Positions 10,925-24,379 of a DNA stretch of 64,000 bases are shown piece after piece (the stretch's first letter is position 1; each line of letters begins with the position of its first letter). The notes below the pieces were generated by a model, which worked only from the letters and a program-made list of their open reading frames with translations, searched no databases and was not told the DNA's origin. The stretch comes from the human T2T-CHM13v2.0 reference genome, Homo sapiens: assembly GCF_009914755.1 (NCBI RefSeq), contig NC_060935.1; one strand, 5' to 3'. A program made the position numbers and the translations under genes.

Positions 10925-11130
10925 ACTACTCTGAAAGTCCTGTGGCCATGGTTCAAGACCCAGCTCTGCTACTTACTCACTGGGGACTCAGCCAGGCTCT
11001 TAACCTCCATGAGCTGCAGTTACCTAATTTGTAAATGGAGATAACGGTCACTGCACTACAGCCTCCCAGGGCTTGTTGTGTGAGTCAAAGGTGACAAACA
11101 CTGTGCCATCTCTGTAAAGTACTAAATAAA
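10925..11130 (+). mobile_element. MIR SINE
   Basis: ggttcaagacccagctctgctacttact...cttaacctccatgagctgcagttacctaatttgtaaatggagataa. Confidence 0.8.
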
Positions 11131-12750
11131 TGCCTGGAATTTGTGTTATCCTTTTAGAACAATCTCTTAGCTTGTCACATCGAGGACCCTCTCCCCTCAG
11201 GGACCTTTCCTCCATGACTGTCCTCTCCGAGTCATCTGGACATAGTCTGACTTCCCTGCCACCTGTATCTGCAGGAAGATGCTTTATGATCGCTGTGTTC
11301 CTATGCCACTCCAGTAGCAACATCAATCTGCTTCTGCTCATTGTACAAACATTTGCTGAGTGCCTACTGTGCCTCAGACGGTGTGCTAAGTGCTGAGGTT
11401 GGATATAAATAAATTATGATTCTTACTGTTATCTACGAATAGTTAACCTCAGAACATTTACCTACTCTCCAGCCAGGAAATTCATGCTGAATCTCAAATA
11501 TGCCCTTTCTGGTGTTAGGTTACACCTGTTCCCTAGTTCTGCAACATCTGTGTAATGTTTGTGTGTTGTTTATCTCTAGACCTCGTAAGCCCAAAGCTGT
11601 TCTTTCCGAGTGGCATAGGATCGTATCTCCCCAATCACTAGCATTTCTCCAAACTAAAAAATCTGGGTGATATCATTTTAATTCTTCCTCTTTCCAGGTA
11701 TGAGGATGAATGCTCTCAGTTTCCTGTGGACAGTGCCTCTCAGGCACCTCTGGATCTTTTCAGGTAGGCCCACGGTCACCCTGGCTGCACTGCTTAGCGG
11801 GGATGGGAGTCACTCCTGCCTGCGCTTGTGCCTCCAGCTTCTCCCGCTTTAGCTCCTGCTCTGCGGGGCTGCCAGGCTGATTTTCCCCCCAACTAATCCG
11901 ACCCCACAGCTGAGCATCCCCCTTGCTCCGGATTTCCTCCACACTGAGGTGTGCAGCCTAGATCACATTATCACATGCTCACACGGTGCCTGTGCTGATC
12001 CCCTCAGTGGCTGAGATGTACCTCAGGTATCAGTGACACGATTTTAATGAAGGCAGCTTCTGTTCTCAATGAGAAGGATTTGGAAATTAGTTCCATCAGA
12101 TATGTGGCAAAGGCTGCCTTCTACAACAGGAAAGGGCAGGCAGGAAAGTTGGTGGCAGAGTGTCTCTCAGGCGCTCCCATGGCAGGAGGGATAAAGCTGA
12201 GTCCCTTAGGCGTGCACTCCCTTCTGCTGATGGCATCTGGTTGGCAGAAGAAATGAGATACCCACCTTCTCAAATGGACAGAAGATACATAAACACCTTT
12301 TGTTTTTATAAACAGACAAGTGGCAGCTCGGAAATTTTTCTGTTTTCTCTCATTGCAAAATCAATACCCATCAGCAGTTTGAAATTAAAGGCAAGATTAG
12401 GCCTCAGTTTTATACATGCCTTATTGTCTTCCAAAAGCTTTCTACTCAGTCAGATAAATTTTCTTTAAGAGGATTAGGAAACTTTCATTATCTTTATCTA
12501 ACCTGAACTAACACTATGTCTGAAAAATTAATCTATAGACTGGACAAAAGCTGATGCTGCTGGGAGAAGAACTCTGGGGCTTCTTTCTAACTGAGTAGTG
12601 GGGTCTCTACATCCACCCTCTGGTAATTCAACTGTCTTCCAAAGAAAGAGCAAGTCACTGGATCACTAAGCAAGAGGAAATAATTCAGCTTTCTGATCTC
12701 CTTCTCTGTGGCCTCTCAGTAAAGGTACAAACCAGCCTGCCAAGGATCCC

Positions 12751-13277
12751 AAGAGAATGTCCTCCCGAAGAGAAGATCTTCCCAAAGAGAAGCTTCTCCC
12801 CAAGAGAACGTCATCATCAAGAGAAACTCCTCCCCAAGAGAAGATCCTCCCCAAGAGAATGTCCTCCCCAAAGGAATGTCATCCCCAAAAGAAGATCTTC
12901 CCCAAGAGAAGCACTTCCCCAAGGGAAGCTCCTCCCCAAGAGAAGCTCTTCCCCAAGAGAAGCTCCTCCCCAAGAGAAGCTCCTCCCCAAGAGAAGGTCC
13001 TCCCCAAAAGAACATCATCCCCAAGAGAAGCTCCTCCTCAAGAGAAGCTCCTCCCCAAGAGAAGCTCCTCCCCAAGAGAACATCATCTCCAAGAGAAGAT
13101 CTTCCCCAAGAGAATGTCCTCCCCAAAGGAATGTCATCCCCAAAAGAAGATCTTCCCCAAGAGAAGCTCTTCCCCAAGAGACGCTCCTCCCCAAGATAAG
13201 CTCCTCCCCAAGAGAACATCATCCCCAAGAGAAGCTCTTCCCCAAGAGAAGCTCCTCCCCAAAAGAATATCCTCCCC
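12751..13277. repeat. 17-bp minisatellite, 31 units, consensus AAGAGAAGCTCCTCCCC
   Basis: 527 bp = 31 x 17. Register checked at 12751, 12853, 13108 and 13261. Units differ by substitution. Confidence 0.96.
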
Positions 13278-15529
13278 TCCCACCCCCACCCATCCTGACT
13301 GCCTCTGGACTTCCCAGGCCACCTCAGAGGGCTGGAGCCAGAGAGTAGCTTGGCCTGGAATGCGGAGACTGAGGAGCTGACCTCTGAAATAGATGCCATG
13401 CTGTCCTTAGACTTTTTCTGACCTGAAGCTTGGAGGTCCACAGGGAGACCCCACAGGCTGCCACATCCCACCCAAGGGATCGCTCAGCATGTGTTATGGA
13501 GAACATCCTTCTCTGTTGCTCAGCCCCCAGCCCATTATGTTGTGCATTGACTTTGATTTGCTTATATCATCTATCTTCGTTCTTGAAAAGGGATAGGCTT
13601 GCTCTGTTTGAGTCTGTTTCTCTACAGTGCCTGACAGTTCTTTTTTATTTCGGTGCCACATTTCCTGAATTTGAAAATAACTTTGCTGTCAAGGCCACAG
13701 AGGTGCCACTGAGGTGGCACTTCCGATGCCGAGAATGTCAGCTCCTCTGGAACCAAGCCCAGGTGCAGGCAGGTGGGGTAGTGAGAGCTCACAGTCTTTT
13801 GTTTTCTACACCCTCAGAAACGTTCAACAGATAGCCCAGCTCATCTCCGATGACTGATCTCACCAAGTGCCTCTGTCGTCCTCTGAGGAGAAGTATCAGA
13901 TGTGACAGTTGTCTTGATCTCCAGATGGCAGGCAGTCTTGTCACTCCAGAGCTGTGGGTGGACGTGTATGGAGAGTGGAAACCCGCAGCATCTGTAGATG
14001 TCTGTCGGATGGCGTGTGTGAACGCCTGAAAGCACGCGAGGAGGGGAGCAGGGCTTGGAGGCTGGGCAGGAGCAAAGCTTCAGGCAGCATGGCAGTGCCA
14101 AGGACTGCTGGGGAACAGCAGTGACAGCAGACAGCTCTCTGGCCCCACACATGCCATTACAAATGGCTACAGAGGCAGGCCTGGCTGCTTGCGCCAAAAG
14201 GAAAGAATGGGCAACCTGAATCATGCAAGTGACTGAAGCATGAATAGACAGCCCCCACGCAACCTCTCTCTAGGAAACCAATTGAAATGAGCAACATCGT
14301 GGTCCTTTTTTTTTTTTTTTTTAAATCAGAGATGAGGAATCTATCTTAGCTAAGCAAGGATGCCATACACATTTCACAAACTAAAAAAAAAAAAAAAATT
14401 CTGTTGGATCTATGACAGATGGGATCTGATAAAAGGCAGATGCTAAAGACTAAATCACACATAGGGACCCTTTCTGAGAGCTCACTGTGTTTCCTCAAGA
14501 TATCTGCAAACGAGGCTCTGAAAGAAGTCCACCCGAACCTTTCATTTGGTGGAGGAAGGATGCATCACTGGCTGACGGAACTAATGTGCTTACAACTTCA
14601 TTCCTGCCGTGAGCCAACACCTGACAGAAATGGCTTTACATGGTGATGATAGTTGGGGTCAAGTTCAAAATAAGTTCATTTGGATTGCTGCCTTGCTTTA
14701 AAATGGTTCTCAAATTCTTGGAACTGCTATCTGCATGTGTTTTTAATTCTTAATATTTAATATCTGAGAATCTGACATTTCTTCAGCCCCATTTTTGAGG
14801 TGTAATATGAAATTTAAATTAAAAACTATTTTAAAATGCACGTGACACAATTCCTGGGCTATGTCGATTCAAGTTTTTAAAGGAGAATGGAAGAAGATGC
14901 TAAGTCTTCCTTCCTCCTTCTCCCTTTTTAAAATTGTCTGAATTTATTACTAACATTAACCTGCAGATATCATTCTGACTAATATCCCTCTTGGATCTGG
15001 ACTTCATTGTCTGGCTATGAGAGAGTGTTTAAAGACAGCAGCAATGCCAGGGAGGACCTGCCTAAACAGCACTCAGAGACCCCTCCAGAGCATGCATGAC
15101 CAGCAACTGTGCGAAAACAGTCATGTCACGTAGTTTCTCATTGGCATTATTCGTCTTTTATCATGAAATAAGCCTATAAGAGAATTAAAAGGCACTGAGA
15201 GTAGTACTGTATTTATCTATGTTTGCATGTATCTCACTCCAGCTCCAGAGTGCTAAGTAACTTACGAGAGCTCAATACGAGTGCATGTTACACAACGTAT
15301 TGATGAGAACAGAAGGACTAGAGATAACATTTAGAAACTTTGAGAAGATATTCAGCACTTAGTTAAGTACCCATTCGATGGGAAACATTCCAAGACATAT
15401 AGTCAAACTCTGAATTCAGTAGAGGAAGATGACTTTTGTGTCTTCGCACACAGGTAGAACAAACACCAACACTGTTCTTCCCCTCCATCACTGACGGGAA
15501 TGGCAACCCCAGATCCAGCTGGGACTTAC

Positions 15530-15762
15530 CTTGCACTATTAGGTGAACCCGGGACGTTTTGGGATGATTGTCTGTCTGCACAGAGCAGGTGTACGGACCT
15601 TCGTCATACACATCCACATTTTGGATCATGATGCTGTACTGGGTTGGTGTATTGACCAGGATGATCACACGAGGGTCTATGGACCACTTGTCATTCCCAG
15701 CGTAGAGGATGGTGCTGCGGTTTAGCCAGGCCACCCGGGTTACCCGGTCATCTATGGTACAC
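15530..15762 (-). CDS. OPCML: Internal coding exon of OPCML (OBCAM, IgLON family), most of Ig-like domain 1
   Basis: 233 nt. Translates (R)[77 protein letters not shown](V). Acceptor: pyrimidine tract + ctgcag|G (AG at 15764-15763, phase 2). Donor: CAAG|gtaagt (GT at 15529-15528, phase 1). DDR and [19 protein letters not shown] distinguish OPCML from the paralogue NTM (recalled sequences). Confidence 0.97.
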
Positions 15763-18147
15763 CTGCAGTGAGGCAGGGAGTGGTGGAGGGAGGAAGAAGG
15801 GAAAGAGAGAGAGTGGAGAGATTATATAATATGGTAAATAAGACGTTGCATTTTGAGGAGTAAATGAAACAACAAAACACAGTGCTAAAAGGAAACAATT
15901 ATTGATGAAACTTCCTAAATATAAACTAAGAGTGACCAGAATCATCTTGAAGAACTGACAATACAAAATCATTTCTATTTGACTTCGAGACATATTATGT
16001 ATCTTTGCCATCCATTTGCTTTCCCTGTTATTTTTTTCCCCATAGGCTTATATGAAAATCAGTTTATGTTTCTTGAGCACATTTACCACCTTGGGGAAGA
16101 AGTGGCCCAGGGGCACATGGGAGAGAGAGTGGATCAGCATTTCAAATAGGTCACAGATAACCCACAAAGCAAATACTTAACTTGTAGTTAATCAAAAATT
16201 GAACATATTTACCTCCAGACCTCCCTGGTGTTGGTAATCTCCTTATACCCCTAAGCAGCCGAAAGCCTGCAAACTACAATTTATAACATAGGTTGGTAAA
16301 ATTCACCTTAGAAAGCCAACACTTCTTGAGGAAGTCAAAACTGCATCTTAGGACTTCAGGAGAGGAAAAAGAAAATTATCAGCAGAATCCCTGTTCCTCA
16401 TACACTCCCTGTCCCATTGGGAGACAGAACAAGGCTATTATCAAAGCAGGGAACTGTGCAACACCTCTCACCTACTCTCCTTAACAATTCAAAGCTATGA
16501 ACACAAACAAGGCCTGTGTGTCAGTGTGGATGACCTGCAGGCTGTCAGGTCTGATATAGGACTGAAAGTGTTGGACGTCTGCGCATGTGCCCAGGAACTG
16601 AGGACGTGGGAATGGAAGCATGAGGAAACAGAATGCTTTCTAAGTGTGGAGGCACACCCATCACTCCATGCTGCACATAGGAATGCACAAGGACAACCAC
16701 TCTTGCCAATGTCCTGGCAGAGAGAGGAGGGACTTGAGTCCAGCACCTGCAGGTGAGGAGAACACGGGGAATAGGCATGGCCTTCCCTCACTGGATCTGA
16801 CCTAACACTTGGGTGGCAGCAGTGATCCTTCAGGCAGGTCTCAGGAGATGGAAGGACCCCAGAGACACTGGCCACAGTGGAGATGTCAGGACCTGGCCAA
16901 GTGACCAGTCTCACCTGGCCTGCATGGCTCAGGGTCTCCAAGCACCAGAACCATGACCCTCTAGAATGGGGAAAGCACCTGATCTAGGGCGGTCCTCTCC
17001 CTGGTTGGTAGGAAGAATAAAAGCAATACCAGCTTCCGGTCACCCAGGCCTTTTTATGAGCTGGCCCATCTGCCCTTTAGCCGCTGAGAAGTTGGGTAGG
17101 GAGGGTGTTAGGCACTCTCACAATATTGCAGGAAGACATTGTTCTTTTCTAAATAAGCATGTGAACAATACAAAGTGAATAATGCATGTAAATAACACTA
17201 AGATGATACAGACCCATCTAACCATTCACTCCTCACCAATGCCCAGCACCCCATGGTGATTTGCTAGCAACTTGTTATATCTCAGTCTACATCTTACTCC
17301 TTATACACATGCATGAACTTGTATGAAGCTTGTGCTGATTTGCTTTCACCTGAAATAGAATCATACTCTAACATTCCAATGAAACTATTTTTTTTTATTT
17401 GACCACAGGCATCCCTTGCACACCAGCAGTTACAGACCTCAATCTGCATACTTTCTAGGTAAGCGAGTTTCCAGGGCCCAACTGCATTCACCAGTAGGAC
17501 CTGATAATCTAGGTACCATCGAATGATTCTTTCACATCATTATAGAAATGTCATTGGTATAAAGAAAAAATGAAGTCATGTTATCTCCTCCACATCGTGA
17601 GGCATCTTGCTTCTTTTCCTGTTGCTTTCTTACTTCCATAGCATTTTTCTATTTCCCTTATGAAGACCTAATGGATCTTAAACGTTAATGGATCCTCCCT
17701 GCTCCCCACTTTCAAAGGCTTTTCTTGGGGAAAAAATATGATAAATTTATTCATTCTCAGTTGCAAATGACTGATAAGGGGAAATATGCAACCTTTCCTA
17801 AGGATAGGTGAATTTTCATAAAGGAGAAATCCCTGTTTGAAGAGCTCCTCCTAAAGAAAGTTCAAATAGTAGAATTCCAAAAATCAGCACACCTGGAATT
17901 AGATGCTAAATTGAGACAGAGTGAAGGGCGTGATGTTCCAGTCGCTTCTAGTTGTGTGGTCTTCTAGTCACCACACAACCCAAGTGACTAAGTGCAAACA
18001 AATATTGCTTTAATTTTGCTTAGTTATGTAACCCCTTGCACATTCTTAAGTTGCCATAAAAAATTGTAAGCTACAATTGAAAAGGATGATTTTTTTGGCC
18101 TTTAGAACATATTCACATTTAAAAATTTTTTTAAGTCACAAAATTCC

Positions 18148-18174
18148 TGTGTGTGTGTGTGTGTGTGTGTGTGT
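18148..18174. repeat. (TG)n microsatellite
   Basis: Read directly. Confidence 0.95.
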
Positions 18175-20209
18175 ATTTGTTCAGTAGAATTTAAATATCA
18201 CAGTGATTAACACTCCTGATTATCTGCTTTCAAAATTCAGGAACTAACTCTTTTTCTAAAAGTCATAACACGTGCATTGTTCCTTTTTAAACTGGAACTT
18301 GTTTTTCCACTATATATCTTCTGCAGAAAAATGTACTTTATGCTTGAAGGTCTTTTATTGATCACCTACCATATTTATTTGCAACCAAAAATATACAGAG
18401 ATTGAAATTTAAATTTCTTTTATGTCCTATGACCATAAAACTTTAAGCAATAATATATTTCTTAAATGAATGATCATTACAAATATAAAATTGATAGAAC
18501 ATAAATATAGAGCACATTTCGTTAAGCAATAATTAAACATGAAAAAGCAAACTTACTAGAAATATAGCTTTTAATAAGAGGGATAGGCCCCTTTTTTTAA
18601 ATGCCGTAGATAAATATCACTCACTGCTAGAATGAGATGGAGTTCAGGATCAATTCTATTCCTACTTTTGCTTTTAGAGAAACCTTGTTCACATAAGAAG
18701 ATGGAAATGAAAATTGTGCATAGCAATGCCAACTCAATTATTTGAATGCTTTCCAAGATATATGCCAAAAATCACATAGTAATATAGCTTCAAAGATAAT
18801 TTCAATGATCTCGCAGCTGACAAATCAATTAATTCCTCTTTCAATTTATTTTAATGCAATGAATTGGAAAATACCTGACTCGCAAAGGGGTTTATAACAT
18901 GGCATCAAATTCATTCAATTTCTCAGTATCTGGAAAGTATATGATACCATTTTACCAGGCCTTATCAGATGGCTGCAAAAAGATGTTATTCTTTTACTGG
19001 AAGTGCCTTGTTTAACCCAATACACTCAGAAATGTTGGGAAAATACAAATACTGTTTATTTTAATATGCTAAATCACCGAGCCCTCTGTTAGGACATGTC
19101 TCATCTCCAAGTTCTAATTCTAAATGGAGAATGCACTAGTTTGCCATGAATCTGTTCCTGATGCAATCAGGTGCCATTGCCTTTAGTGCCCTGCTTTGCT
19201 TCTGTGGGAGTCTCCTTCAAGACTGATACCCTGCTCCATGACAGTCGGCTGATGGAGGTGACAAAGAAAGCCAAAGAAGTTTATCTCCTGGACGAAGTGT
19301 GAAGTGGGAGCTGTCAGAAGGGAGACACAGAATTACACTGCAACCTCAGGCACTTACTCAAGCAGATCAACTTTAGGGAATTTGAGATCTTTGAAGTGCA
19401 TTTCCTGAATCCTATCGTTGTCCTTGTATAGGACCAACCACTTCAGGTTGAGGGTGCATAGAACCAGTGCAAGTGGCCACAGGCTTGAGTAAGGGTGGAC
19501 TTTGAAAAAGGGCAATCCAAAACTACTCTGTGGGCCAGAACACACTGTCATTGCCCTAGCCACACAGCCCTTGGAAAGCCTGTGTGTCCCTTGGGTAATC
19601 CTCTCCCTGGTGAGTAGCCATGATCCGGTGTACTTGCTCTTGGACCTGGGCCTCCTTATGGGCCTGGAGTAGAAACAGAAAAGAGTAACTGAGTAAAAGC
19701 CATCTCTCTAAATGGGCAAAGATGGTTCACAAGTTTGTATGGTTCTCAGAACCTAACAACAGAGAAACTGAGGGAAACAATGAAATCAGTTGAGGAAAGT
19801 TATTTTCCTCATGATGTTGCTCTGCTTCAAAAGAAAATGTAGTTTCATGGCTTCATGCTTTCTTCCATCACCATAGGACTCTTCCATAGTCCCCTGAACA
19901 GCAGGAAAGAGAACTCAGGGAAGGACTTAAAAAGTTGGCTTGAGTGCTCTTCTAAACTCAGGCTCCTTCCCTGCTGTCTGTGGCCGTGTCCTGGACTCTC
20001 ATTAACAAGAAGCACAGAGGGGAACACTTTTGAAGTTAAATAAGGGGGAGCCAAGAGGCAAGTTGAGGAAGGCTAATGACAACTTTCTGATGTCTTGGAA
20101 ATTATTTCAGATATTTAAAATTCTTACATTCCAAGCTAACCCTACCTACTGATCCTTGATAAAACAGAACTCATTACAACTACATCACAAGTAACCTCTA
20201 AAATTATAT

Positions 20210-20345
20210 ATTGCTTGTACTGCACCAGGCATAGTTGTAAGAACTTTCAATATATCAAATCATTCTATCCTAATAACTACCCTTTGAGATGTGTTCTATT
20301 AATATTATATCCACATTTTACAGATGAGGAACCCAAGGCACAGAT
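20210..20345 (-). mobile_element. MIR SINE fragment
   Basis: ccacattttacagatgaggaacccaaggcacaga. Confidence 0.8.
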
Positions 20346-20569
20346 AAGAAAAAAGGAAAGCTATCTGGAAGACACTTGTACACATTCTTAACCTCTAGCC
20401 ATGTGTGAGGAAAGAAGGTATAAATGAGAGTCTGGAAGAGCAAAGAAATGCCTGACAGACATCAGAAGGCAGAGATGTTTCTGAATATGTACCGTGGGGT
20501 TAAGATTCAGGGTCGTTTTGTTTTGTTTTCAGAGGAAGAGGTGAACTTAGGGAAATCCATGCCTTAAAG

Positions 20570-20722
20570 CAGTGGTTTTCAACCTTTTCTGTGCATCAAA
20601 AACAGATTGCTGAAGCCAGCCCCCAAAGAGCTTTTGGTTCATGGGTCTGGAGGGACCAAGAATGTGCATTTTCAACAAGTTCCCGGATACTGCGGCTCTG
20701 GGGACTCCTCCTGGAGAACCAC
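20570..20722. mobile_element. MER5A-like hAT-Charlie DNA transposon
   Basis: cagtggttttcaa...aagaatgtgcattttcaacaagttccc...gagaaccact. Confidence 0.8.
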
Positions 20723-20880
20723 TCACTGCCTTAAAGAAATGAGGCAAGTGACAGGTTGGAATTTTAATCAAAATAATCACTGAAAATTAAAATCAATTGG
20801 CTTTAACTTTTTTGTGTTCTTTACTTTTGTTTTTATATTTTGTCTTTGAAAATGCAAAAAAAAAAAAAAAAAGTGCCAAG

Positions 20881-21100
20881 ATTCATTCAACAGATATGGA
20901 GTGAGTGCCTAAGGTGCATGAGATAACTTCCTAGGAGCTGAGAACACAGTAGGAACAGGCCGACAAAGTTCCTGCCCTATGAAACTACACCTAGTGAGAG
21001 ACAAATAAAGTATGTATGTCTAGATATATTTGTTTCAGAAGGATACCTGGATAAAATAAAAGAAGGTAAGGAATGGAGAGTGTATCATGGGAACTGTGGA
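20881..21100 (-). mobile_element. L2 3' end
   Basis: attcattcaacagatat...gagtgcct...gacaaagttcctgccct. Confidence 0.65.
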
Positions 21101-22252
21101 TATATTTGGAACAGAATTCCCAAGAAATGCCCTTCCATGGCCTCATGCCAGACGTTGAATGGTTGAATGTTTATAACTCTAAAGTTGGGTGCAATAAGAT
21201 GCATGTCCGAAAATTGTGTCTAACTTTACAATGAAATTCTCATCTCACATACAGGCACAGATAGCTGCAGGGACATTTAAGTGATCTGGGTAGTTGGAGA
21301 ACAAGTCTTTTAAACCAGCCTCACAAATGGTGTCCTCATATATTGAGGACTTTGTACGTGTTCAAAGAATTGATAATTGATATTTTGATAAACTGAGAGT
21401 TAACTAGAAAATGCCTTTATGTTTCCTCCTTTGTTACGGTAATAATACCTAAAACAGGGTGCATACCTTTGTGTTTTAATTAGTAGACAATGGCAAATGT
21501 AGTTAAATCTCTAATTCAGACTCCATTCTCTTTGTAATATACGGATAATACCAAAGATCCTAGACTCTTCATAGAGCTTACATCACTGAATTTAATTATT
21601 TATACTCTCATGTGTTAAACTACGAATGTCACATGGATAGTAACCATATTCAGTATCACCAGCACCTCCCAGCCTCTACCCAGGAGCTAGTAGGTCATCA
21701 ATACATATTTATAGTGATAAAAGGTGTAAGACAATGTTTTTCAAATGGGCATCAAAAGAACCCACATAAGGAGACTTATATGTGGGGACATATATGTGTC
21801 TTTCTGCAGGATAACTGAATCTATATCTTTATCTGTATCTACATAGACACACATAGAGTCCATGGGCTCTTTATGTATATTTTTCAATTTAGTGTTTTCA
21901 TTTCTATTGTAATTGGGAGATGTATAATATAAACCTATGCTAGATGTGGTATGACAACAATTAAATTTAAATGTTCAGATTTGCACCTGTGTTCACCACA
22001 CTGGCACATTGAGAAGTCCTTGCATCATATCAGGCTGATGACAAAAATACAGAGGTGACTGGCTTTGTCAGTGACGCCTTCCTACCAGCAAAAGCTGAAT
22101 GATATGGGCTCCACTGTAGTAATGAAGGTTCCCAAGCGCTAGAATGAGCCACTGTGGAAGGAGAACTTCGTTATCACAGGATGAGCGTGGAACCCAGAAG
22201 GGCAGGCCTTACAGCAGTCAGTGCCACATCCACATTGCAACCTGGGATTTAA

Positions 22253-22540
<288 letters not shown>

Positions 22541-24379
22541 GATTTAATTTTAATAAAACATCATCTGTTCCATTAAGTTAATGTTCCAAGTTTAAATTTT
22601 AGTGGCTATATATGTGCATAACTTATAATTTCAGAAGTTACAGTCATATCAGAGTGTAAGCTTAAGGCATTTATACCTAGTTTTATGATTGCACATATAT
22701 AAAGTTTTTTTTTAATAGTTACCACTGGAAATCCATGAAAATCTTGTCTCTCTTCCCATCCTTGACCCCTGCTTTTAAAGTGGTCTTCTATAGAGTACTC
22801 AATTTAAGAAATGCTGGGTGGAATTTTAAAGCCCGAAATGCATTTCTCTGAATTTACTTTTTTAATACATTCCCCCATATTATCTTGTAACTTTTTGGTT
22901 TTCCTTTTATCATTTGCCTTTTTCATAAATTGAGAGTTAATTGAATTTTTGCTAAGAAAAACCTGACTATGTATCCAAATATATTAATAATGCCAGTCCA
23001 AAAACTGGGAGGAAGACCTTGCTTTAATAAACTCATAAACCAGTGATAAATAATTTTTTAAGGGAAAGAAGAACAGGCAAGCCAAAATGAAATATTTTTA
23101 GATCAACTCCCAAGGTATTCTAAATTGCAAAAGCTGTTCTCCCAGGAGGCTTTAACTACTCATTTATTTCCTGAGTTACAAATAGAGCCAACTTCAGAGC
23201 ATCAACAGGGACCCTAAATTATGTAAGGGAAAACTTTATGATTCAGATAGTTGGAAATGCAACGAGAGTAATCACTCTGCTAGAGCTAATATTTGCTGAT
23301 AAGGTATTGGTTGAGAATGTATCTGAAAGCCTCTGCAGAAAAATGGTGAGGGATAAGAGCTACTTAAGGAGAGTACAGCACAAAAATATTTCAGTAGTGC
23401 AACGGGTTGACTTTGAAATCTGACATAACATGACATCTGCCACTCGCTGGAAAATTGGAAGACAGTGCCACACTAACACCAGCTGGAGGGGAGATGTCAC
23501 ATTAATACATAGGAAGGGTGCATGCCCACGTGTGTGTGCATGTGTATGTGTGTGTGGAGCGGGAGGGGAGGTTATGCAGAGAAAACACACTAATGCCTTC
23601 AACGTGAGGGCCTGCAACATGAGGACATAGAGTAGTGGAAACACAACCAAGGGAGGTTGCAGGCTTTCCTGAAAACAGCATCACCTGAGGCAGAAAATCA
23701 GCCACTGGATGATAATGTGCTGCACTTTCAGCCATGTCTGATGATAGATGAGTCCACCAGAAATTGCTCATTGTGTCCTGACGCAAACAAGGGGAATCTC
23801 TGGTCCCCACAAGCACAGTGAGGGCTCTACCTGAATGCAGAAAGCAATTTCTCACACCACGCAAGTGAGGCAACTGTGCTGACGGCAGCTCAGAACAGAG
23901 TATCTGATGCCGGGAAGGAAAATGAAAGGAGTGATTTATATGGAAAGATGGCTCCACAAAGAGGCAGAAATTGCTTACAACTACAGAAGTGGGGTTAAAC
24001 TGCTTGGCTGTGGGAGGAGAGAGGAGGAGAATTCCTATCTTGGTAAAAGAAGTAAAGCGTAGGGTAGCGAAACACAATTATAAAAAGTAAGGGTGAGCAG
24101 AAAGGCCAGAGAAAGCTCTCTGAACAAAATAATGAATGATTGAGCTGGTTTCTTCCCAGGCTCCAAGTCACTCTATAAATCCACAGGGTATGTTGAGGAG
24201 ATCACATTACTAGTTTCCCAAGAAGAGGTAGGCAAGGTTGAAATAAAAATAACAACAAAAAACATCTGAAAAGGCAATACCTGCTTTGAAGGTCCTTATG
24301 ATCTCAGACAAATGATAGAACACAAGAGTATTACAAAGGCACCCTATCACATTCATGGATACAATAAAAAGTATACATC

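Larger units (their letters stand above)
1..15529 (-). other. OPCML: OPCML intron downstream of the Ig1 exon (phase 1), continues beyond the window
   Basis: Begins at the gtaagt donor. The next constitutive exon (VPPQI...) is not seen in the window. Confidence 0.9.

Noticed and set aside
12751-13277. CRISPR-like array
   Set aside because: Head-to-tail units with no unique spacers, in human DNA; it is a minisatellite.
13695-13722. CTCF site or hairpin gtgccac-tgag-gtggcac
   Set aside because: Needs an insertion to fit the CTCF core, and a 7-bp stem is expected by chance.
15363-15734. ORF-track 123-aa ORF as a complete gene
   Set aside because: It is the OPCML exon read from an internal GTG and running through the donor into intron. 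The true boundaries are 15530-15762.
23502-24077. 191-aa - strand ORF
   Set aside because: GTG start, no recognisable homology or splice signals; ends in a (CA)-type repeat.
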